From Microbacteriaceae bacterium (GTDB lineage Bacteria; Actinomycetota; Actinomycetes; Actinomycetales; Microbacteriaceae), in NCBI GenBank assembly GCA_025465095.1, contig JAODME010000037.1, positions 27,137-91,136 on the forward strand: DNA of 64,000 bases, given 5' to 3'. Below are positions 38,806-47,142 of this stretch, in pieces (the first letter of the stretch is position 1; each line of letters starts with the position of its first letter). Below the pieces are notes generated by a model. It worked only from the letters and a program-made list of their open reading frames with translations, was not told the origin of the DNA and ran no database searches. The translations under genes were made by a program, and so were the position numbers.

Positions 38806-38844
38806 TAGGGCTCGAGTCCCTCCTCCCGCACTGCCGACGGCCCC
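38806..38844 (+). repeat. imperfect direct copy of the tRNA-Leu 3' end (T-arm + 3' acceptor strand + ~13 nt of flank)
   Basis: tagggctcgagtccctcctcccgcactgccgacggccc versus gagggttcaagtcccttctcccgcacttcgaacggccc at 35824-35861. About 31 of 38 positions are identical by eye. No matching 5' half of a tRNA lies upstream. Confidence 0.6.
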
Positions 38845-38994
38845 AACCGATCCGCCTCCCGACTGACGCCGGTACCTTGAGCTACACTGCCGGATACCCT
38901 TCCGGCCCGTTCACGTCGCGCAGCCGCTACTCTGACAGGGACACCCTGACGGCCGCCGCCGCGTCCTGACACCGGTCGACAACTGGAGCTTCCC

Positions 38995-39750
38995 GTGCTT
39001 GACCTCCTCGCTCTGCTCCCAGCCGCGCTCATCCCGTGGCTCGATCCGGAGACGCTCATCGAGGGGTTCGGCGCGTTCGCCTTGGTCGGCGTCTGCCTGA
39101 TCGTCTTCGCCGAGACCGGCCTACTCGTCGGCTTCCTGCTTCCCGGCGACACCCTGCTCGTCATCACGGGCCTTCTCGCGTTCGGCGCCGACCGGGTCAT
39201 CGGAATCGATATCTGGTGGGTGTGCCTCGCGATCGGATTCGCCGCGTTCCTCGGCGGTGAGGTGGGCTACCTGATCGGCCACAAGCTCGGCCCGAAAGTC
39301 TTCGAGCGCAAGGAGAGCGGACTGTTCAGCCGCGAGAACGTGGAGCGCACCAACCGGTTCTTCACAAAGTTCGGGGGCCTCAGCGTCATCCTCGCCCGCT
39401 TCGTTCCGATCCTGCGCACCTTCGTTCCGGTCGCCGCGGGTATCGGACATATGAACTATAGGAAGTACTCGCTCTACAACTTCATTGGTGCGATGATCTG
39501 GGGGGCGGGCCTCACTTTCGCAGGTTACCTGCTCGGCTACATCCCGCCGGTGAGCGAATTCGTGCAGGAGTACATAGACGTCATCCTGCTCGGCGCGGTC
39601 GTTCTCACCCTGATCCCTACCCTGTTCCACTACATCCAGGCGAGCCGCAAGGCACGCAAGGCACGACTCCAAGGCCTGCCTCCGCTCACCGATGAGCAGG
39701 TCGTGCTCGACCAACAGGTGTTTGACCAGAAGCCGGATGTCGCAAAGTAG
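38995..39750 (+). CDS. DedA-family (VTT domain) membrane protein
   Basis: FAETGLLVGFLLPGDTLLV and ILARFVPILRTFVPVAAG signature motifs. Confidence 0.85.
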   Translation: MLDLLALLPAALIPWLDPETLIEGFGAFALVGVCLIVFAETGLLVGFLLPGDTLLVITGLLAFGADRVIGIDIWWVCLAIGFAAFLGGEVGYLIGHKLGPKVFERKESGLFSRENVERTNRFFTKFGGLSVILARFVPILRTFVPVAAGIGHMNYRKYSLYNFIGAMIWGAGLTFAGYLLGYIPPVSEFVQEYIDVILLGAVVLTLIPTLFHYIQASRKARKARLQGLPPLTDEQVVLDQQVFDQKPDVAK

Positions 39751-39758
39751 CCTCGGAA

Positions 39759-40304
39759 TCACTCCCGCAAACGCACCTCGAGCGTGTCGCGAGACTGCTG
39801 TGCCGCGCGTCGCACGTCTTTCTCGGGGTCGCGCAGCAGCGCCGTGATTGTCTCTGCGTGCTCCGCGGTTCCGAGCGAACCGAGCCCGCGGAGGGCTGCG
39901 GCGCGCACGCGCGGAACGTCATCCGAGGTCATCTGGACAAGCTTTTCGGTGACGTCGAGTGCGTTCTGCGTAGCGACCTTCGCGCTCATCTCTCGCACGC
40001 GCCACGCTTCGTTGCTGAGACCGGCGACGATCGCGGGCGTTGCTCGTTGGTCCCACACGTGAAGGAGCGCCCTGGCACCCCAGAGTTCCGGCCAGTACAG
40101 CGGCGGGGCGCCGTCGAGCAGGCCCTGGGCGTGCCTGCCTCCGACGAACAGCAGAAAGTCTGCGCCGGCGTTCGCGCCGCCCATGAGGGCGATCGCGCGG
40201 TCGATCACCTCCGCTTCTCCATAGAGGTCTACGGCGGCGGCGATGCGCTCGGCGACGGGAAGGTCGATGGGGACGGCGGGATTCGATGCGGCTGCGGGTT
40301 TCAT
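39759..40304 (-). CDS. HEAT-repeat protein of unknown function
   Basis: Repeated helical units ending in DVPRVRAAALRGLGSLG and DPEKDVRRAAQQS (PBS-lyase/HEAT-like). Lies 25 nt downstream of mntR. Confidence 0.5.
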   Translation of the reverse strand: MKPAAASNPAVPIDLPVAERIAAAVDLYGEAEVIDRAIALMGGANAGADFLLFVGGRHAQGLLDGAPPLYWPELWGARALLHVWDQRATPAIVAGLSNEAWRVREMSAKVATQNALDVTEKLVQMTSDDVPRVRAAALRGLGSLGTAEHAETITALLRDPEKDVRRAAQQSRDTLEVRLRE

Positions 40305-40329
40305 GGCCCCTCAACGCTACCGCCTGCCG

Positions 40330-41043
40330 CTAGCGCGTGAGCGAGATCCAGATAGACGCCGCCGCGTCGGCATCGAGTTCATGCTCGCGTCCGTCCACAC
40401 GCACTGCGAGCACTCCCCCGGTCCGCCGCAGAACGGCGACCCCGAGGTCGAGGTTGATCGATGCGCCGGCGAGATAGCGAAGGAGTGCCGGGTCCCGGTC
40501 GCTGATTCGCACGATGGTGCCGACGGCCTCCTCTGGCGCGTCGCGCAGCAGGACCGCCTCGGGCCGCACGATCGATCCGTCGGCGGCCGGAATCGGGTCG
40601 CCGTGCGGGTCCCGCACCGGGTGGCCGAGCTGGGCGGCGATGGCCTCGAGCAGGCGGTCACTCACGGCGTGCTCGAGCACTTCCGCCTCGTCGTGCACTT
40701 CGTCCCAGTCGTAGCCGAACGACACGGTGAGCCAGGTCTCTATCAGGCGGTGGCGGCGCACCATCCGCAGCGCGAGAGCCGTGCCATCCGTGGTCAAGGT
40801 GACGGCGCCATAGGGAACATGCGTCACGAGTCCGGCGACGCTGAGTTTCTTGACCATCTCGGTGACGGTTGACGCGGCGAGCCCCAGCCGGGCGGCGAGC
40901 ACCGATGGCGTGATCGGCTCTGGCTGCCACTCCGTGTGGGCGTAGATGGTTTTGACATAGTCCTCGACGACATTGCCTTTCGCGATCATTCCGCGCGGCC
41001 TGGCTGAGCGGGACGCCATCGCGGCACCGCCGTGATGGGGCAT
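40330..41043 (-). CDS. mntR: DtxR/MntR-family metal-dependent transcriptional regulator
   Basis: VEDYVKTIYAHTEW, LAASTVTEMVKKL HTH, RRHRLIETWL, and metal-site HDEAEVLEH followed by DPHGDPIP. ATG-41043 is preceded by ggag; alternative starts are at 41019 and 40989. Confidence 0.8.
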   Translation of the reverse strand: MPHHGGAAMASRSARPRGMIAKGNVVEDYVKTIYAHTEWQPEPITPSVLAARLGLAASTVTEMVKKLSVAGLVTHVPYGAVTLTTDGTALALRMVRRHRLIETWLTVSFGYDWDEVHDEAEVLEHAVSDRLLEAIAAQLGHPVRDPHGDPIPAADGSIVRPEAVLLRDAPEEAVGTIVRISDRDPALLRYLAGASINLDLGVAVLRRTGGVLAVRVDGREHELDADAAASIWISLTR

Positions 41044-41437
41044 CGGGTCTCCGGAGCTTGGCTGCGTCGAGCGTCGGCGGGAAGGAGCGAGCAGTTGAGG
41101 GTTTCCGCGAGGGTGACGTGGCCGGCATCATGTGCCGAAGAGTTCTCGCGCAGCGCCCGGACTCGGTGGAGCGATCGGTAGCTTGCGAGATGACGGCATA
41201 TGCCGGGGGAAGCCCATCCGTCATCAGCGGCGATTCGTCGGGAGGCGATTACGCGACGCAGGCCGCTGGCTGTTTCAGAGTCGATCAAGTGCGCCCCACT
41301 CATCGCGCACAGCTAGACGCTTGAGTCTCTCGACCACCCTCATCCGGTACTTTTCGCAGGTACAGGATCTTCATGTTGCAGGATGTTAGCAAGCGGATCA
41401 TCTACGGTCATCGCGACACGAACACGAGTCCGTACCG

Positions 41438-42676
41438 CTACGCCCCGGCGACCGTCAGCACGATAAGGGCGACGTTGAGCGATGCGACGAGCACGACGAT
41501 CACGCCCAGCGCCCACCGCATGCCGGCACCGTTGACCTGCTCCCCCATCAGCCTCGCGTCGTTGGTCAGTACCAGCAGCGGGATCAGCGCGAACGGGATG
41601 CCGAAGCTCAGCACGACCTGACTGAGCACGAGCGCCGCCGTCGGGTCGACGCTGATCCCCAGAAGCACGAGCGCTGGGATGAGCGTCACCACCCGACGGA
41701 TGAGCAACGGAATGCGCTTGTGGAGGAGCCCCTGCATGATCGTCGCGCCGGCATAGGAACCGACCGACGTGGACGCAAGGCCGGATGCGAGCAGCCCTAT
41801 TGCGAACACGAGCGCGACTCCGGGGCCGAGGGCGCCAGAGATCGCCGCGTGCGCCCCCTCGATCGAGTCGGTACCCGTGACGCCCTGCAGGTTCACGGCA
41901 GCGAGCAACAGCATCCCGAGGTTGACCAGACCGGCGATTCCCAGCGCGAGAACGACGTCCAGTCGGGTCGCACGCAGGAGGCGGACCCGGTCAGCAACGG
42001 ATGTCGCGTGGCCGTGGCGGTCGCGGGCGAGGGCCGAATGCACGTAGATCGCGTGCGGCATGACGGTCGCACCGAGCATGCTTGCGGCGAGCAGCACCGA
42101 ATCGGCGCCCTCGAATCGCGGGACAAGCCCGCCGACCACAGCGCCGGCATCCGGTGGGCTCACGACCAGGCCGGCGAGGAATCCGATCGCGACGATCGCG
42201 AGGAGCCCGACGATGACCGACTCGAACGGGCGCTGCCCGAACCGGTTCTGGGTTGTGAGTAGCAGCATCGACACGGCGCCCACGATGAGCCCGCCGAGGA
42301 AGAGCGGCAGGTCGAACAGCAGGTGGAGGGCGATCGCGCCGCCGATGACCTCTGCGAGGTCGGTGGCGACGGCTATGAGCTCGGCCTGCACCCAGAAGGC
42401 GCGGCGGGAACGGGTGTCGAGCCGGTCCCCGAGCAGTTGCGGCAGGGTGCGGCCGGTGACGATGCCGAGCTTTGCGGACTGGTACTGCACGAGGCCGGCC
42501 ATCAGGTTCGCGGCGACGATCACCCAGACGAGCAGGTAGCCGTAGCGTGCCCCGCCCGTGAGATTCGCTGCGACGTTGCCCGGGTCGACGTAGGCGATCG
42601 CGGCGACGAAGGCGGGACCGAGCAGGAGGACCGTCCGGCCACTTCTCGTGGCAACCAGCGTCCCACTTTTCGGCAT
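41438..42676 (-). CDS. mntH: Nramp-family divalent metal (Mn2+) transporter
   Basis: GPAFVAAIAYVDPGNVAANL (DPGN motif), AEVIGGAIAL, GATVMPHAIYVHS. Confidence 0.9.
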   Translation of the reverse strand: MPKSGTLVATRSGRTVLLLGPAFVAAIAYVDPGNVAANLTGGARYGYLLVWVIVAANLMAGLVQYQSAKLGIVTGRTLPQLLGDRLDTRSRRAFWVQAELIAVATDLAEVIGGAIALHLLFDLPLFLGGLIVGAVSMLLLTTQNRFGQRPFESVIVGLLAIVAIGFLAGLVVSPPDAGAVVGGLVPRFEGADSVLLAASMLGATVMPHAIYVHSALARDRHGHATSVADRVRLLRATRLDVVLALGIAGLVNLGMLLLAAVNLQGVTGTDSIEGAHAAISGALGPGVALVFAIGLLASGLASTSVGSYAGATIMQGLLHKRIPLLIRRVVTLIPALVLLGISVDPTAALVLSQVVLSFGIPFALIPLLVLTNDARLMGEQVNGAGMRWALGVIVVLVASLNVALIVLTVAGA

Positions 42677-42738
42677 ACCGAAAACTTTAGCGATGAAGCG
42701 GCTCCGTGACCACGGCGAACCATCCGTAGTATCAGAGC

Positions 42739-44136
42739 ATGGAACTCGGCTTGGTGATCGGCGTCGCCGGAGTGCTGTTGGTTGCCATCTTCCTCGCCGT
42801 CATCGCGGCTCGTGCGCGTGCTCGTAGGGCACGCCAGCGAACAGAGCACGAACGGCAGCTCGCCGGTCAGTTGCTGGAGCGGCAGCAAACGGCTGGTGCT
42901 GCGCTGGTGCGGGTAGACGAACGCGTCCGTCTGGCCGACGATGAACTCGGTTTCGCCATTGCAGAGTTCGGCGACGAGGCCGTCGCCGAATTCCGTGCTG
43001 CGCTTCAGCGCGCCCGCCAACGACTCAGCGAGGCGTTCCAGCTGAACCAGGCGCTGAACGATCATCTGCCGGACACGCAAGCGCAACGGCGGGAGTGGAT
43101 CGAGCGGATGATCACACTGTGCCAATCGGCGGAATCCTCGCTCGACGCCCAGTTCGCCGTGTTCGAAGCTCGCCGCGCCGTGGCACGTCGCGCCCCGTCG
43201 GATATCGAGAGGGCACGCGTCGCCATCGGGAGAGCGAGAGAAGAGCTTCCGGCGGCGCGGGCGACTCTCACACGCCTGGCCGAACGGTATTCGGATGCCG
43301 CGCTGCTTCCGATCTCGGCGAACCCCGATCAGGCGGAGCAGCTGCTCGAGTTCGCGGAGCGCAGCTCTCAGGTCGCCCAGTCCCGACTCGCCGCTTCCCG
43401 CGATGCAGAAGCGGACAGGGCTCTGCGCGCTGCCACTGAGACCGCGCTGCGCGCGGAGGCGCTGCTCGATGCCGTCCGCGCGTTCGAGGTCGAGGCCATC
43501 CATGCCGAGGCCACTCTCGGCGCCATGGTAGCGGAGTCGCATGCCGAGCTCGCCCAGGCGCGAGCGCTGCCGGCAGGAGAACGGCACGGACGGGTCGACG
43601 GTGCAATCGCGGGGCTCGAGCGGGCACTGAATGCCATGCCTGCGTTGGGCGACAGGGTGGATCCGGTCGGCTCGCTCTCGGCACTGCGTCTGGCTAACTC
43701 CGCACTCGATGACGCCGTCGCGGAGCGTACCGAGCGCGCGGAACGGCAGGAACGACTGCGCACGCAGCTGGTTACGGCGATTGATGACGCCGAGCGCCAG
43801 ATTGCCGCCGCCCGGCAGCTGATCACCGACTACAGCGCCCCGATCGGTCCGGACGCACGCACCCGATTGGCTGAGGCCGAGCGTGGACTGACTGAGATAA
43901 CGGAGGAGCGGGAGCCCGAGCCGGCGATCGCTCGCGCCCGACGAGCGGCAACGCTCGCCGCGGAGGCCGCAGTCTTGGCGCGCGCGGACCTGGAGCGCAC
44001 TCAGAGCTATGTTGGACCGGACTACCGACGAGGTGGTTCCGGACGGGGGCAGGACGTCTTCGGCGCAGTGCTCGGCGGACTCGCGATCGGGGGTCTCCTC
44101 GACGGACTCGGAGACATGAGCGACTTCTTCGACTGA
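42739..44136 (+). CDS. N-terminally membrane-anchored coiled-coil protein with Gly-rich C-terminal tail
   Basis: Single TM LGLVIGVAGVLLVAIFLAVIAA, then about 400 aa of Ala/Arg/Glu/Leu-rich helical sequence, ending GAVLGGLAIGGLLDGLGDMSDFFD. No family recognised with confidence. Confidence 0.45.
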   Translation: MELGLVIGVAGVLLVAIFLAVIAARARARRARQRTEHERQLAGQLLERQQTAGAALVRVDERVRLADDELGFAIAEFGDEAVAEFRAALQRARQRLSEAFQLNQALNDHLPDTQAQRREWIERMITLCQSAESSLDAQFAVFEARRAVARRAPSDIERARVAIGRAREELPAARATLTRLAERYSDAALLPISANPDQAEQLLEFAERSSQVAQSRLAASRDAEADRALRAATETALRAEALLDAVRAFEVEAIHAEATLGAMVAESHAELAQARALPAGERHGRVDGAIAGLERALNAMPALGDRVDPVGSLSALRLANSALDDAVAERTERAERQERLRTQLVTAIDDAERQIAAARQLITDYSAPIGPDARTRLAEAERGLTEITEEREPEPAIARARRAATLAAEAAVLARADLERTQSYVGPDYRRGGSGRGQDVFGAVLGGLAIGGLLDGLGDMSDFFD

Positions 44137-44163
44137 ACGCCGAGGAGCTCCTGGAGGTCGAGG

Positions 44164-44793
44164 TCAGGAAAGCAATTGCTCCCTGACCACCTCGATCAGT
44201 TGGCCGAACGCACGGGATCGATGGCTGATTGCGTCCTTCTCAGCCGCCGTGAGCTCCGCGGATGCGACCGTCAAGCCGTCCGGTCGGAAGATCGGGTCGT
44301 AGCCGAAACCGCCCGCGCCTGCCGGTTCACGCAGGATCGTGCCCCGCCACACCCCCACCTCTACGCGCTCGAAGCTCTCGGCGACTTTCGGCGGCCCGTA
44401 CCCCCCGATCGCACCAGCCCGCGGTGGAATCGCGAGGGCCGCCGCGCAGAGAAACTCCGCAGAGCGGTCCTGGGAGTCACCGAGTCTCTCGAGCAGCAGG
44501 CGGTAGTTGTCCGCGTCGTCTCGAGTTCCGGCATAGCGAGCAGAGTGGATGCCCGGCTCGCCGCCTAGCGCCGCGACACAGATCCCCGAGTCATCGCCGA
44601 TGGCCGGCAGGCCGGTGTGAGCGGCGGCAGCACGGGCCTTGATCATGGCGTTCTGAGCGAAGGTGGCGCCGTCCTCGATCGGCTCGGGGCCGTCGTACCC
44701 GACCAGCTCAATCCCGTCGAGCCGGGGACCGAGAATGCGCCGCAGCTCCTCGACTTTGTGGGCGTTGTGGGTCGCGAGCACGAGTTTCGACAT
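44164..44793 (-). CDS. rdgB: non-canonical purine NTP pyrophosphatase (RdgB/HAM1)
   Basis: LVLATHNAHKVEEL, DDSGICVAALGGEPGIHSARYAG, GFGYDPIF, SHRSRAF. Confidence 0.9.
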   Translation of the reverse strand: MSKLVLATHNAHKVEELRRILGPRLDGIELVGYDGPEPIEDGATFAQNAMIKARAAAAHTGLPAIGDDSGICVAALGGEPGIHSARYAGTRDDADNYRLLLERLGDSQDRSAEFLCAAALAIPPRAGAIGGYGPPKVAESFERVEVGVWRGTILREPAGAGGFGYDPIFRPDGLTVASAELTAAEKDAISHRSRAFGQLIEVVREQLLS

Positions 44794-44984
44794 CGAGCCA
44801 GCGTAATGCCCTCCGGTCAACGCATGGAGTTGCTCATTCTTTCTCGCGGAAGCGGGCCGATCACGGTGCGTGGAGCGGGAATGTCCGGCCCCGAATCAAT
44901 GTTGCCTTCCTCTGGCAGCGTCGCCAGGCCGGCGCAGTTCGAGCGCGTCAGGTCGTTCATTCCAGCACAGACTCAAAGGACGCC

Positions 44985-45572
44985 ATGTCGATCATCTCTC
45001 CCGTTCGCACCGCCGACACCAGCACCCCGATCATCGAGGTACTCGCCGAGCGATGGAGCCCCCGCGCGTTCGACCCGATTCAGCCCATCGATGAGACGAA
45101 GCTCACCGCCGCGCTCGAAGCAGCACGCTGGTCGCCGTCCGCCGCCAACTCGCAGCCCTGGCGCTTCATCGTCGCCCGCCGCGGATCCGCCGAGTTCACG
45201 TCGATCAAGGCGGCGCTCGTCGGGTTCAATTCGGCGTGGGCGGGTTCCGCCGGCGCGCTCGTCGTCGCGATCGCGGAGATGACCGATGCCGATGGAACGG
45301 CGCGCACGTGGGCACAGTACGATCTCGGCCAGGCGATCGCGCACTTCTCGGTGCAGGCGCACGCCGACGACCTTCACGTGCACCAGATGGGCGGATTCGA
45401 CGCGGATGCTTTGCGTGCGTCGTTCGACCTGGCGGAGAACCTCGTGCCCCTATCGGTCACCGCTGTCGGCAACGTCGGTTCCCCCGACCAGCTGCCGGAG
45501 GGAACCCGCGAGCGTGAGATGGCACCCCGCGAGCGCCGCGCTCTCGAGGAGTTGCTCGTTGTGAACAGCTGA
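44985..45572 (+). CDS. nitroreductase-family protein
   Basis: RWSPRAFDP, AARWSPSAANSQPWRFIV. Confidence 0.75.
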   Translation: MSIISPVRTADTSTPIIEVLAERWSPRAFDPIQPIDETKLTAALEAARWSPSAANSQPWRFIVARRGSAEFTSIKAALVGFNSAWAGSAGALVVAIAEMTDADGTARTWAQYDLGQAIAHFSVQAHADDLHVHQMGGFDADALRASFDLAENLVPLSVTAVGNVGSPDQLPEGTREREMAPRERRALEELLVVNS

Positions 45573-45599
45573 GAGGATTCACCGGCCGATGCGCGGGGA

Positions 45600-45627
45600 G
45601 GACGGGCACCCGAACGGGTGCCCGTCC
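45600..45627. terminator. bidirectional terminator hairpin between the convergent nitroreductase gene and dctA
   Basis: ggacgggcaccc-gaac-gggtgcccgtcc, a perfect 12-bp GC-rich stem. Confidence 0.65.
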
Positions 45628-45640
45628 CAACTCGCCGAAC

Positions 45641-47017
45641 TCAACGGGATCCAGTTGCCACCGGCTGCGAAGCGGGAGTCGCGGCGCTGCCCTCGATCTC
45701 CCGGGTCGTCGGGTCTACAGCATCCGTTCCCACTTCCGTGAGCGACGCCTCCCTGAACGGGCGTCCGCCGTTCAGCACCTGGCGAGCCTGCGTGGTGTCG
45801 ATCTGTCGCGTCCACGTGCCGATCAGAACGGTCGCGACCGCGTTGCCGGTGAAGTTCGTCACGGCGCGCGCCTCGGACATGAAGCGGTCGATGCCGACGA
45901 CGACGCCGACGCCGTCAACGAGGTCGGGGCGATAGGTCTGCAGGCCGCCGGCGAGCGTCGCAAGACCGGCGCCGGTGACGCCTGCCGCCCCCTTCGAGGC
46001 GATGATCATGAAGACGAGCAGTCCGATCTGTTCGGAGACCGTCAGCGGTGTGCCCATGGCGGTAGCGATGAACAGCGACGCCATCGTGAGGTAGATCGCG
46101 GTGCCGTCGAGGTTGAACGAGTATCCGGTCGGCACGGTGATCCCGACCACCGACTTCGAAACGCCAAGGTGTTCCATTTTGGCGATCAGGCGCGGTAGAG
46201 CAGCCTCGGAAGAGGACGTTCCGATGATCAGCAGGTATTCGCGGCCCAGGTATTTCATCAGCGTGAAGATGTTGATGCCCGTGGCGAGCTTCAGGAGCGT
46301 GCCGAGGATGCCGAAGACGAAAGCGGCACAGGTGACGTAGAACCCTACAAGCAGCACCGCGAGGCTGACGAGCGATGCGGCACCGGTTTGTCCGACCACG
46401 GCGGCGATGGCGCCGAACGCGCCGAGTGGCGCGAGCCAGAGCACCATCGACAGTATCCGGAAGACGAGCGCCTGCAGGGCCTTGACAGCGTCCATGATTC
46501 CGGCGCCTCGATCACCCATCTTCTGCACGGCGAAGCCGACGAGTAGTGCGACGAAGAGCACCTGGAGGATGCTCCCCGACACGAGCGATGAGAACAGCGA
46601 GGTGGGGATGATTCCGAGGATGAAATCGGTCGTGCTCGTCGCCTCACCTTCAACCGCGTAGCTTGAGCCCGCAATGTCCAGTCCGGCACCCGGCTGAAGC
46701 AGGTTGCCGACGACGAGGCCGATCGCGAGCGCGAAGGTCGACATCACCATGAAGTAGCCAAGGGCCAGACCACCGACCTTGCCGACAGTCGCAGCCTTGG
46801 CGATCGAGCCCACTCCGATGACGATGGTGCAGAAGATGATCGGCGCGATCATCATCTTGATGAGCAGCACGAAACCCCTGCCAATGGGTTCGAGGCTTTT
46901 GGCGAACTCGGGGGCGGCGAGCCCGACTATCGCTCCGGCAACCACCGCGATGATGACCGCGATGTACAGGTAGTGGTTGCGGTCGAGGCGCCTCAGCGCT
47001 GCCAGCGTCTTTGCCAT
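45641..47017 (-). CDS. dctA: C4-dicarboxylate/cation symporter (DAACS family, DctA)
   Basis: LIKMMIAPIIFCTIV, GTSSSEAALP, VPTGYSFNLDGT, GAAGVTGAG, NFTGNAVAT. Confidence 0.9.
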   Translation of the reverse strand: MAKTLAALRRLDRNHYLYIAVIIAVVAGAIVGLAAPEFAKSLEPIGRGFVLLIKMMIAPIIFCTIVIGVGSIAKAATVGKVGGLALGYFMVMSTFALAIGLVVGNLLQPGAGLDIAGSSYAVEGEATSTTDFILGIIPTSLFSSLVSGSILQVLFVALLVGFAVQKMGDRGAGIMDAVKALQALVFRILSMVLWLAPLGAFGAIAAVVGQTGAASLVSLAVLLVGFYVTCAAFVFGILGTLLKLATGINIFTLMKYLGREYLLIIGTSSSEAALPRLIAKMEHLGVSKSVVGITVPTGYSFNLDGTAIYLTMASLFIATAMGTPLTVSEQIGLLVFMIIASKGAAGVTGAGLATLAGGLQTYRPDLVDGVGVVVGIDRFMSEARAVTNFTGNAVATVLIGTWTRQIDTTQARQVLNGGRPFREASLTEVGTDAVDPTTREIEGSAATPASQPVATGSR

Positions 47018-47142
47018 GGTGATCTTGTCCTATCCGGAACGTCGTTGTGTCCGCCCAGATGGTGGGGGTCGCAACCAGCATGGTCAGGCGCGCGTCAACA
47101 CCCAACTTGTGGTCATACTGATCACGGCGCCAGGAGGACTGA

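Noticed and set aside
40986-41303. 105-aa ORF (and the plus-strand ORFs at 41058-41389) in the mntH-mntR gap.
   Set aside because: Third-position GC is weak for this genome, there are no recognisable motifs, and the ORF overlaps the mntR start. It is treated as non-coding.
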